Shown here one piece after another: positions 39,123-49,850 of a stretch of 64,000 nucleotides of DNA. This stretch comes from Scyliorhinus canicula (Eukaryota), in contig NW_024055477.1 of the NCBI RefSeq assembly GCF_902713615.1, positions 1 to 64,000 of the forward strand, given 5' to 3'. Under the pieces are notes generated by a model. It saw nothing but the letters and a program-made list of their open reading frames with translations. It made no database searches and was not told the origin of the DNA. The number at the start of each line of letters is the position of its first letter. Positions within the stretch are counted from its first letter, which is position 1. Both the position numbers and the translations under genes were made by a program.

Positions 39123-39360
39123 ATGCTGGCAGTGCTCTTGCACAGTAAGTACTAGATTATACTCATCAGTACAGTTTAACAGATTGATGAGAATTGACGC
39201 ACACTCATACAGTTAATAGAGGTTTACCTCCATCAGCCGGGTTAATTTCATCCCAGGCCCACGGAGAACAAATTTTGGCAGATTTGTTTATCCTTCTGCT
39301 CTTTTGATGCTTTACATTGACAGGCAGACTATTTGCAGATCCAGTGACACAGTGTCTAGT
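39123..39360 (+). pseudogene. V2-family 5' fragment (promoter, partial leader, intron, first ~12 V codons)
   Basis: Promoter 38990-39070 matches V2; atgctggcagtgctcttgcaca|gtaagt; acag|GRLFADPVTQ, then homology ends. Confidence 0.7.
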
Positions 39361-39424
39361 GTCAGAAGCCGTGTTAAATGGGCCTCAGTTGCTTTATGGC
39401 CCTCCCGCTCGATTTCTTCTCAGT

Positions 39425-39575
39425 GGCTTGAACAGTGAGCAGGTGCAGGATGGTCACAGTCTTCTGCAGATTCATCCCTTCCTATTTCCGCTCCGAGTGC
39501 AGCTGAGAGTCAGCACACACGTCACTCTGAGACTGCGGTATCCCCGCCCACAGCTTGCGGTTGCTGCTCTCGCTC
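39425..39575 (-). promoter_or_regulatory. V-associated conserved module, copy D (inverted)
   Basis: Reverse complement of copy C, including ACCGCAG, CAGCTG, GGAGCGGAAATAG and CACCTG. Confidence 0.55.
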
Positions 39576-39611
39576 TGACCCAATTGTGTCAGTGGAGAAG
39601 TTGTTGTCGCT

Positions 39612-39823
39612 GCCATTGTTCGGATGAGTAATGCAGTGTGACGGGGATCTGTATTTCTGCCTCTGCCATTGGTCGGATGAGCAATGCAGTGTGACGGGGA
39701 TCTGTATTTCTGCCTCTGCCATTGGCTGGATCAGCAATGCAGTGTGACGGAGGTCTGCATTTCTGCCTCTGCCATTGGCTGGATGAGCAATGCAGTGTGA
39801 CGGGAATCGGTATTTCTGTCTCT
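39612..39823 (+). repeat. 4 x 53-bp tandem amplification of the V4-type promoter (ATTGG box plus TGTGACGG)
   Basis: Units at 39612, 39665, 39718 and 39771; a single homologous unit lies upstream of V4 at 36079-36129 (minus). Confidence 0.9.
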
Positions 39824-39866
39824 GACAGAGGATTCCTCTCACTGCAGAGTTCCAGACTCAGGAAGG

Positions 39867-39915
39867 ATGATGGGGAACCGGCTCGCTCAGATGCTCATCA
39901 TTATCTCACTTCTCA
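39867..39915 (+). pseudogene. Orphan V4-family leader exon (no V exon follows)
   Basis: MMGNRLAQMLIIISLL a|gtaagt, nearly identical to the V4 leader. Confidence 0.8.
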
Positions 39916-40556
39916 GTAAGTATTTCCTTCCCAGTAAAATTCCATTCTCCTCCTGGCTGCTGTAACCCTGACGTTATTGTTGTTATTTATCGGGACGGGA
40001 GCTCGCAGCGTTACCGCGAGTCCTTTGTCGATAGTTTGACGTTGATAACAGGAAATACTTTGGGACCACCTCGCCCTCTGGCCGGGTTCCCAGTGGGAGG
40101 GATTTACATGGGCAGAACGGTGGAAAGGGTGTAAATTAATTTATAGAGCAATATCCAATGGCACTTCTTCAGAAGCCGCTTTTCAAACCATAAAATGTCG
40201 AAATATCAAGGAAGATTGAATGCTGTTAAGGCCGTTTTACATTATTTCTGAGTCACTTCATTTATGCTTTTAACTGATCGTTAACTCTGCATCACACTCG
40301 TTATTTTTCACTTTTTTCCACTTCTCTTTTCATTGTTACAGAATGTTCTGTGCTGTTCTTTCACTCATTCCGGTAATATGTTAACACTTTCTCTTTCTTC
40401 GACTATATTTCCAACTCTCTTCATATTTCTCCCTCTTTCACTCTTCTGCTTCTATATACGTGTTGTTCTCATTCCCCCTTCCCATGGAATACAACACCCC
40501 GCTTCATGAAACGCCGATATTGCAGCCACAGTGAAGCGGCTTTGTAAGGCGGTGCA

Positions 40557-40595
40557 GGTTTTTGTATGGGGTCTCCCTCTGTAAGTTACACTGTG
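40557..40595 (-). other. 23-RSS of V5 (canonical)
   Basis: cacagtg + 23 + acaaaaacc. Confidence 0.95.
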
Positions 40596-40928
40596 CCTCA
40601 CAGCGCAGAGATAGGTGGCAGCGTCCGTAACATGCGCCTCTCTCACAGTCAGGATACTGAGCTTGTTGTCTCCACCGATTGAAGCTGTAATCCTCCCGTG
40701 TTGATCGGTTCCTCTTGTGGCCATCAGCAGATGCTGGGGTGCCTGGTTCGGGTACTGTCTGTACCAGAATACGATGTTAAATGCAACACTGCTGGTGCAG
40801 TTCATGGACACATTACCCGCTTCACTAACAACCATCCACCCAGGGAGCTGCTGCACCTCATCTTCTCCGGTCACCTCCGTGCAGATCAGAGTGAAACACA
40901 GCAAAATGAATGTGTGAACCCGAAGCAT
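40596..40928 (-). CDS. TRAV/TRDV: TCR alpha/delta V gene (V5) with leader apparently contiguous with V (no leader intron)
   Basis: Single ORF MLRVHTFILLCFTLICTEVTG-EDEVQQ...MNC...FWYRQYPNQAP...DAATYLCAVR. Confidence 0.88.
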
Positions 40929-41149
40929 TATCAGTTCACACGCAATACCGAGCTCGGCTCAGAACCGGGAGATGAATACTATATTCTGAAAAATTAACCG
41001 GGAACCAAACACTAACTTCGGGTTCACCTAGTCACGTGTTGCTGTTGATCTAAGCTGAGTACTTAAGGTTTAACCACCTTTCACATTGACACCAGCTCGC
41101 ACTGAGAGCACACACTGACCATCACCTTAAATACTTTTCATACATCACA

Positions 41150-41163
41150 CTGCCCTCTGGCGG
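41150..41163 (-). promoter_or_regulatory. CTCF motif upstream of V5
   Basis: CCGCCAGAGGGCAG. Confidence 0.6.
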
Positions 41164-41391
41164 TGTGAACTGGTAAGTGCATGGTGCAATTATTCACGAA
41201 CTGCCAACAAGTTGCAGTTCACGATATAGTCACGAATGAGAACAGGTTCCCTCCTTCCTGTTATAGCTATTTTTTTGAGGGAGAGACTAAATCTCACTTT
41301 CCTGTCTGCTGTCCAACGATTGCGGTGCCTTTTGCTCACTCACTCTTCCTGCAAGTCCGTTTGTCAAGACAAATATCCTTATATCATTTTA

Positions 41392-41700
41392 GAACATAGA
41401 ACAGTACAGGCCCTTCGGCCCTCGACGTTGTGCCGAGCAATGATCACCCTACTCAAACCCACGTATCCACCCTATACCCGTAACCCAACAACTCCCCCTT
41501 AACCTTACTTTTTAAGACACTACGGGCAATTTAGCATGGCTAATCCACCTAACCCGCACATCTTTGGACTGTGGGAGGAAACCAGAGCACCCGGAGAGAG
41601 CGTACAGACTCCGCACAGACAGTGATTTCAGCCGGGAATCGAACCTGGGACCCTGGAGCTGTGAAGCATTTATGCTAACCACCATGCTACCGTGCGGCCC
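41392..41700 (-). mobile_element. HE1-like SINE family B
   Basis: Near-identical to the copy at 17282-17612. Confidence 0.87.
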
Positions 41701-41885
41701 CGCGTGAACCCGTCAAATGCGAACTCGTCTATCTATCGGACATTTGTAACATTCCAACAGTAACAGCAGTGAAAACACATGATAATAAATAACTTTTTAA
41801 AAAATTCAATTTACATATGAGCGTTAAAATAATGTTTCTGTTTCCGCATTGGCTCCCTCCATAACATTGTCTTCACTAAATATCA

Positions 41886-41917
41886 CTGCCCTCTGGCGGC
41901 AGCGACAATCACTGCAA
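41886..41917 (-). promoter_or_regulatory. CTCF motif with upstream TGCAGT module
   Basis: Minus strand reads ttgcagtgattgtcgctg-CCGCCAGAGGGCAG. Confidence 0.65.
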
Positions 41918-42561
41918 TGTGCGCTTATAAATACCTGTCCAATTTCTGGAACATAAGCCCATAAGACATAGGAGCAGAATGGGGCCATTTGGCCCATCAC
42001 GATTGCTCCGCCGGTCAATCACGGCGGATGTGCTTCTCATCCCCATTTCCCTGCATTCGTCATAACCCTGATCCCCTTATTAATCAAGAAGATATCTATC
42101 TTTGTCCAGCGTGGGGCAGCTGAGGCTCAGTGAGGTAAGAAGCCCTCATTTTTGCGGCACGAGCTGCCGGAAGGGGAGTGTTTAAAGGGACAATTAAAAA
42201 GGTAAGTGGGACAGACAAGGTGGGGTATCGGATGTACGGGGGGGGGGGCACACTGGGGATGGGGGGCGGGGCGCGGTGATTGAACAGCAAGGGAGGGGGT
42301 CTGCTCAGACCGGAGGAGTATCGGGTCACAAGGTGGGGTCGCTTCACACTATAGGGCCTCTTCTGGAACAGGGAATGCGGGTTCGAATGGGAGCTGCAGG
42401 AGTCGAGTGGGATCGGAGGGAGAACGGTCAGGCTGGACTGTAGTGTGTGGGGGGGGGGGGGGGTCAGGCTGGACCGGATTCGGAGAGATAGGCTGGACTG
42501 GAGGGGTACAGAACGCACCATAGTTAGTAAGGTGGGGTTGGACTGAGTGGGGTATCTGGCT

Positions 42562-42729
42562 GGCCTGGAATGGGAGGGTAGGGTTGGCCTGGAATGGGAG
42601 GGTCGGGTTGGCCTGGAATGGGAGGGTCGGGCTGGACTGGAATGGGAGGGAAGGGCTGGACTGGAATGGGAGGCTCGGGCTGGACTGGAATGGGAGGGTC
42701 GGGCTGGACTGGAATGGGAGGGTCAGGCT
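42562..42729. repeat. 24-bp G-rich VNTR, 7 copies (ggcctggaatgggagggtcgggct)
   Basis: The 8-aa periodicity is visible in the overlapping ORFs. Confidence 0.9.
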
Positions 42730-43394
42730 GGACATGAGGTGGGGGGGGGGGGGGGGTCAGGCTGACAGTAGTGGCGGCTTCAGGCATTTTGCCCATCCAG
42801 TCTGCACCGACCTCTGAAAGAGCACCCTACCTCGGCCACTCCCCAGCCCTAACCCGGCAACCCCACTTAACCTGCACATCTTTGGACACTGAGGGACAAT
42901 TTTCGCATGGCTAATCCCCTTATCCTGCACATTAATGCTGCTGACGGCTTAGTATAGCATGATATTCGCAAGGCCTAATGTTCATGCAAAATACAGAATT
43001 CTCATCCAAACGCCCATTGTTTACAACAATGGCCACCAAATTCATTCGCATTTCATTTGTTCTAGTTCTGGGCGAAACAACTGCTCATCTCACATTATCA
43101 ATAACCCTATTCTTTGTCAACCTATTTAAGGATCAGCATGGAGATGTACAAATTCACTTCGTTGCTTTCGATCTGCGCCAACAGGATGAATTGGAGATCC
43201 AATGAGCTGTGAGAACATTGATTGAATTGAAGAGAAAAGGAACTTACAGGCAATTGGATGTGACCCGATGACGTTGTGAGCAATGTACCAATCAGCAGGC
43301 TCATGATTATGACTCATCCTCTTCTCAACTCTTGATGAAAACAATTTCAGCCTCAACCATTTCTGTTCAAAGCTGCCACGATCTCTCTGCAAAC

Positions 43395-44292
43395 ATGTCG
43401 CCTGTTACTGTGTATTTATTCCTCACAGCGGCCGCTCTTTTAACCGGTAAGTTCACAAGTTGCTCAACTCTTTATGTCACAGATTTTCCAACATGACATT
43501 CTGTCAGGCAGGTCGCTGAATACAAGGGTGTGGGTGGTCGGAGGTACAGACTGTCCCAACTTGAAAAGGTAATCCGGATCTTGCTAGTCTAAACAGGAAA
43601 CACTGTTTGCTGGAAGTCGGCACATTTCCCGAGGGAATGAGAGCGGGAGAGTTGGGCTGAGATTGAAGCTTCTCTGCTGCTAGTGAATGACATTGACAAA
43701 CAGCTGACTGTCAAACCCACAGACCGTTAGTACTTTCCGCTTCCAGTTACAGTGACTGAAGCTGAGGACCGGACATCGTTAGAAAGACCGGAATCTTTAT
43801 GATAGAAGATTTATTTAATCCGTCCAAACACTTTCCCGTTGCAACCACTAAGCTGTGGAAAATATATTTCTATTGTCTTGGCTGATCACTCTCTGAGGCT
43901 ATTGTTCAGGATGACGGGATGGTTCTGCGGTATAGACTCAGTGAATTCGCATTATTTAATTTAAAATCACTCTGGGTTCTTACAGGACATTGTCGAGGAG
44001 ATTCCGTTTCTCAGACACCGGCTGCTGTCACAGTGAGTGAAGGAGAAGATGTTAAGTTATTCTGCAATTATACAGCTACAAGCACGAACAATTATTACCT
44101 ATTTTGGTACCGTCAGTACCCTAGCGGATCCATGGAGTACCTGCTCCAGATTAGTAAATACATCGGGAACACAGAGAGATCCCCAGGGGACCGTTTTTCC
44201 GCGGAGCTCAATGACACAATCCGCACCGTCCTGCTGAATGTGTCTAAAACAGAGCTGACAGACTCCGCGGTGTATTACTGCGCACTGAGACC
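43395..44292 (+). CDS. TRAV/TRDV: TCR alpha/delta V gene (V6); leader exon 43395-43446, V exon 43986-44292
   Basis: MSPVTVYLFLTAAALLTG|HCRG leader, 539-nt phase-1 intron; LFC, FWYRQYP and DSAVYYCALRP; the promoter has TGACGT, CCAAT and TGACTCA at ~43270-43320. Confidence 0.9.
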
Positions 44293-44331
44293 CACAGAGA
44301 CACAGAGCTGGGCTGAACCTGTACAAAAACT
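44293..44331 (+). other. 23-RSS of V6
   Basis: cacagag + 23 + acaaaaact. Confidence 0.9.
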
Positions 44332-44719
44332 GTCAAAGTGCCACTCAGCATAACAAAGCGTTAGGCAAACACTGTGATCAGCGGCGAGTCTGAAATGGCG
44401 CCTGAAATCGAGGTGATATCTCAACTTTTCAATTCTAACATACATTTTTAACACGAATAAATTTATTGCCAAAATAAAGCAATGGAAGAGGGCAGTTTCG
44501 AGAATGAAAATTAGAATATTTATCGAGCTTCAGGTTCCAAAGTGTTTCACCGTCACTGTTATAATAAAATGTGGAAAACCTTGCAGCCAATTGGACCCAG
44601 CATATCACTCCACACAGTAATGTTTAATAGCCTCGCTGTTACAGTAATTGTGATTGGTGGATGGATATTGGACAGGGCATTTCTCCTGTTCTTTTTTTTG
44701 GAAATGGTGGCCATGCGAT

Positions 44720-44830
44720 GTAAATACCTCCATTGTTATATGTCTCACTGTGTCTGCTTCGCACAGAGATACATTCCGGAGGAAGGCAGTGTCCACAATT
44801 TAACATATTATTCAGAGGCCAGGAACTGAC
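44720..44830 (-). pseudogene. V7-family 3' fragment with heptamer
   Basis: 44746-44781 matches the V7 3' end plus heptamer at 35 of 36 nt (SGMYLCAKQ, cacagtg); the nonamer has decayed. Confidence 0.65.
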
Positions 44831-45191
44831 AGTGCAGCATTCCCTGAGGGATGCACCGTCTCCTCGGTAAATTCCCGGTTGTTGTTTCTGACGGGCTCCC
44901 GGTGTCCTGTTGAGAGGAAAGAACCTCTCAACAGACTGGAGACAGAATCCTGGAAAATCCCAGGAGGTGGTGACCACTCATTAATCCAATCCGGGAAAAG
45001 GAGACTGGAATAAAGAAAAGGGAATTAATAACAAATTAATGATCTCCATGGAAAAAGGAGGACAATTAATTTAACCCTGGAGTAAATTATTCCTCGGTAA
45101 GCGAAATATTTTTACTGATGTCGCGCCTTTTACCGACTCCGGATGCCCCAAAGCACTTTTCAACCTCAGGACGTTCATTTCATTCCAGGTA

Positions 45192-45540
45192 GGGCAGTAC
45201 GGTAGCACAGTGATTAGCACAAATGCTTCACAGCTCTAGGGTCCCAGGTTCGATTCCCGGCTGTGTCACTGTCTGTGTGGTCTGCACATCCTCCCCGTGT
45301 GTGCGTGGTTTACTCCGGGTGCTCTGGTTTCCTCCCACAGTCTAAAGGCGTGCAGGTTAGGTGGATTGGCCATGCTAAATTGCCCTTAATGTCCAAAATT
45401 GCCCTTAGTGTTGGTTGAGTGGGGTTACTGGGTTATGGGGATAGGGTGGTGTGGGCTTGGTTAGAGTGCTCTTTCCAAGAGCCGGTGCAGACTCGATGGC
45501 CCGAATGGCCTCCTTCTGCACTGTAAACTCTATGATCTAT
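45192..45540 (+). mobile_element. HE1-like SINE family B
   Basis: Full head, body and (ctatgat) tail. Confidence 0.87.
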
Positions 45541-46305
45541 GATTTCCACTGCAGTCGGTGTTGTGATGTCGGAGATATTATTAACACAGACGTCATTGGG
45601 AATGTTTAATTCTCCGACAGAAAGTGTTGTCATCCTAATGCTTGAGCAAAGGGATTTGAGAGCCTAGGTATTTTCCTGGTACTTTGACATTGTTGCAAAT
45701 AGTAACCAGAACATTCTGCAACGAATTGGTGCACATCCCTTTCTCTCTCTCTTTCTCTATGATATATTGAGGAACCACATTGATTTGAAACCTGTTAAAT
45801 CTCTTAGTCAGACCACCCAGTGATATTGGAATAAAACAATTTATTCTGTTCACTGTCTAAGTCACCACCGTCATCCTCCTCATCCTCCAGGTACCATCAC
45901 CTCAGGTGGCGCTGGTTGGCCATTGGCTTCCATTACATTGGCCCATGATTATGTTTGACTGCAGTGCTTTCAATTGTCTCCTGCAGTTTGGTTGACCAGA
46001 AAACTCTCCAGCTCTTACGAACTGTCAATGCGCATCTTGGAAGAATTTACAAGCTGATCATCAATCGGTTTAAACAGACTGCGAACCAGAAAGTCCTGAA
46101 GTGGGGCTGGATTCCAGAGCCTCAGGCCCAGAAACGTGATCTGTGCCAGATCTTCTGTAATTCATACATAGGCTCTTGCCCTAAATACATATCGTTTACC
46201 TGGAAATGACACGAAACATACACATTTCCTGTATTCCTCAGCTGTCAGCTGTAACGGCGGTGAACTGACGCCTCTGTAAATTTTGGACACAGATAATGTC
46301 CTAGC

Positions 46306-46319
46306 GCGCCATCTAGTGG
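46306..46319 (-). promoter_or_regulatory. CTCF motif
   Basis: CCACTAGATGGCGC, a full match to the core consensus. Confidence 0.65.
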
Positions 46320-47052
46320 AATATTCTCTGTGAAATAGCGATTCTCAATTTCATAGAATTTTATAAAATTTACAGTGCAGAAAGAGGCCATTCGGCCCAT
46401 CGAGTCTGCACCGGCTCTTGGAAAGAGCACCCTACCCAAGATCAACACCCCCCACCCTATCCCCATAACCCAATAACCCCACCCAACACTAAGGGCAATT
46501 TTGGACACTAAGGGCAATTTATCAAGGCCAATCCACCTAACCTGCACATATTTATCCTTGAATATTGAGGAGATTTTATTGTGGCAACTTATTACGGGGT
46601 TTATTACTTTGATGTTTTTATTACCGCATCTGAGGCATTTTCCATTACATTGCTTTTGCTACACTTGCCATTTCGGATTGATGCCAGTTCCTTTGCCTCA
46701 ATCTTCGGACGTGCCTACGCCATTTGTAAAGTACTTGTTATTTGCATAAATAGCTTAACGAAATAAACTGATATATCCACAACTGATACATTTGGAATGT
46801 TAATTTCGGTAGAATGGAAGGCTTGAAGGTTCCCTAAACATCAAACAATGACGGGAACCAAATTGCAGTAAGCCAATGTATCACCCAATGATTTACGTGT
46901 TTCTACTACGGATTATCTGCAAATTAGATTATTAGAATGAATAAAGTATATGTTTTAAGTCCATAAGCAAGAACCTTTTAATCGATTTTGCTTGTATCAC
47001 ACTCCCTTTTAAAGCCCATTCGCTACATGTCTCTGCAGTCCCCATATCGACT

Positions 47053-47363
47053 GAGCAGGGTACAGGGTTCTGAACTCTTTGTTTCACAGTGTCTCACTGC
47101 ATTGTAATACACCGCACAGTCTGTCAGCTCAACCGTGTTAACACTGAGAGTGGTGGAGCCTTTCTCAAGGTCCAGGGATACTTTAAAACTTCCCTGAACT
47201 CTTTAACCTCCGAGTGTGGAGACCAGATACTCGGGAGCTTGATTGGAGAACTGCTGGCACCAGTCATTTGTAGTGAAAGTAGCGTTGTGATGAAGCGAGA
47301 TAGTCTGACATTGTGTTACCCGAGATATCGATATCTGAAATGTCTCTGAATGACAAGGAACAG
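47053..47363 (-). pseudogene. V pseudogene (V8); V exon 47092-47363
   Basis: ttaacag|..ETFQISISR..ISLHHN..DWCQQFSNQAP..GG*RVQ..TDCAVYYNAVR; both cysteines are lost, with one stop; heptamer cactgtg and degenerate nonamer. Confidence 0.8.
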
Positions 47364-47969
47364 CTGTTAAAACAGAAATAAAATTAACATCACGATATGT
47401 CCATGGAGAAATAGATAAAGTGCTTGAGTATATAGGCAGAATAGGCTAATCTAACAGTCTATCTATCATGATGTGAAGATGCCGGACTGGGGTGGGGCAG
47501 TAAGAAGTTTTACCACACGAGGTTGAAGTCCAACAGCTTTGTTTCGGAACTTCTTACTGAATCTATCTACCATTCTATTTGTCTGTCTGTGTTCCCATGA
47601 CTATCTAACCATCTATATACCGACTATCAATTTTTCTATCTATCTGCATCATTCATTATCTATCTTTCTCTTGCACGTCAATCTCAGTATTTGAAAGAGA
47701 AAGAAGAGTCAGATTTTCTGCCTGTGTCTTAACTTTTTAGTTTGGGACAATTAAATAGAGAACTTTACTTAACCTGCCCTGTTCCTCTATACCTCCTGTA
47801 ACAGAGGTTATTCCTAAGCACCGCGTTCTCAACCTTGTCCCTCGACAGAGGATGTGGTGATCATCCGGTTAAATCACCACCAGTCAGCATTCCACTCAAA
47901 GTGGAGAGCAGCCTCTGCTGATTTGGGTCTATGGCGGCTTTACTTTACTAGTAACAGCTATAATGTTTC

Positions 47970-48218
47970 ATCATAGAATTTACAGTGCAGAAGGAGGCCA
48001 TTCGGCCCATCGAGTCTGCACCGGCTCTTGGAAAGAGCACACTACCCAAGGTAAACACTTCCCAATAACCCAGTAACCCCACTAAGGGCAATCCACCTAA
48101 CCTGCACACACGGGGAGGATGTGCAGACTCCGCACAGACAGTGACCCAAGCCGGAATCGAACCTGGGACCCTGAAGCTGTGAAGCCATTGTGCTATCCAC
48201 AATGCTACCGTGCTGCCC
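47970..48218 (-). mobile_element. HE1-like SINE family B (internal deletions)
   Basis: Head gggcagcacggtagcattgtgg and B-box present. Confidence 0.85.
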
Positions 48219-48346
48219 TTGTGTTGGAAGATTGTCCAGATAGAAGTTTGAACATGGGAAAGTAACATTTATGACCATCACCGGCATTTCTAAAGGTTCT
48301 GGTTTGGGGAAAGGTTAACGGGGCAGCGGAGACCCGACAGAGAACA

Positions 48347-48385
48347 AGATATTGTCCAGCCGGATCCGCTCTGTGTGTCACTGTG
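48347..48385 (-). other. 23-RSS of V7 (weak nonamer)
   Basis: cacagtg + 23 + acaatatct. Confidence 0.8.
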
Positions 48386-48768
48386 GCTGCTTCGCACAGA
48401 GATACATTCCGGAGTCCTGGACCGCGCTCTCATCTATACAGATGGTATTGGACTTCTTTGTTCTGTCAAAGGACAGGGTGTAGCGTCCTTTGGTCTCAGT
48501 CCCCTGGTAAATGGAGGCGATAAATGTGGGAGCTCCTATCAGTGTCTGTCTGTACCAGGCTACGGAATAGCCAGAACCGATGGAGAGCCAGCAATTCAGT
48601 TCAGCCTGATCCCCTTCCCGGGACACCGCCTGCTCAGGGTGGGAGCTCTGATCCTCACACTGAACAGCTGGGAACAAAATAAAATCCACATAACCACACG
48701 GTGTTATGTGATTGTTAAAACAATGCATCAGATAAGAAAATAAACTCACCCAATATCAGCAGCTTCAT
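48386..48768 (-). CDS. Divergent TCR V gene (V7); V exon 48386-48667, candidate short leader exon 48750-48768
   Basis: cccag|AVQC-EDQ...LNCW...AWYRQ...DSGMYLCAK; candidate leader atgaagctgctgatattgg|gtgagt is unusually short. Confidence 0.75.
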
Positions 48769-49850
48769 AGTTCCAGCTGGAAACAGCTCTTTCCTGGGAT
48801 TCCTGGTCACGATGATGAAAGTGGACAAAAGGCGGATCAATCCGGGTCTGATTTCCAGACTGGGACTTGTCCCCCCCTCAATGTGAGACTGAGGGGCCAC
48901 ATTGTCACCGATTGGACTATTATGGGATGTCCTTACCTGGCGTTACTCACGGTGCCACTGAGCGATTGGCTGTTTCTCAATCCATAGACCACTTGAACCG
49001 TCACTGATTCCAAACCTCTCTGCTTCCTGTGTGTAACACCAGGTTACAATGATTCAGATAGTCAGTGCTCTGTGTCCTGTCTGACTGAGCAGAGCCATTG
49101 ATTATCTTACAGCCCAAAGAGAGGAAATTCGGTCCATTATTTTGTATTGTCTCGCTTAAGGAGTTATCCACTGATTAATTATCTGCTTGTTCCATAGATT
49201 TCATCATTTTTAAATTTCTATTTACTGGTCCGATATTTATCCACTTCTTCCTTGAGCTGATTGTTGGATTCTGTTCCCGGCAACGTTTCTCGTGCACTTG
49301 CTCTAGTTGCTGAAGTCTCTGCTCAGGATTATTGTATTTCATCCCTGCGTCATCTTTCCCAATTCCTCCCACACTCTGTCTGTGCGGTTAATACCAAATG
49401 AAAGAAGAGTAACGGAACCATCCATGTGTTTGAACAGCATTCCCAACAGCGATATGTACATATTTACACTTGCTGTATCTTTTCTAATGCCTGCGTCGTT
49501 GTTGATAAATCCTGGATCCTTTAACTCTGTAACATCATCAGCATCGTGTTCCCAAATTTTCGCATTCGATCCCTGAGATCTTTGTCCTCTTTGATTCATG
49601 TAAATTATATTTACTTCTGAGTTCCTGCCTCATTCCATCTACTTTATATGTTTATATGATAGAATCAGACACAGCATTTGTGGTTGCACTTTAGATCAAC
49701 AACTAATGTTCTTCCGTGTTTATTCAATGCAGGAAATGATCTGCTGACGCAGCCATACAGATTCCTGCACCACTGCATTGTTTACAGAAGTAATGATAGG
49801 AAGGGGCCAGAGGCAGCGATGTATCCACCAGCACAAACGGTTCATATCGA

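Noticed and set aside
39612-39823. CRISPR-like appearance of the 53-bp (and 78-bp) repeats
   Set aside because: Contiguous tandem units with no unique spacers, no cas genes, and a vertebrate context.
40528-40565. Plus-strand cacagtg 22 nt from the V5 nonamer, suggesting a second outward RSS
   Set aside because: The nonamer is directional and is in the wrong orientation for this heptamer.
45895-45915. CTCF-like cctcaggtggcgc
   Set aside because: The 5' half of the core does not match (acctc instead of CCASY).
49175-49599. Short ORFs faintly resembling a LINE ORF1 coiled coil
   Set aside because: No diagnostic motif and cannot be supported without a search.
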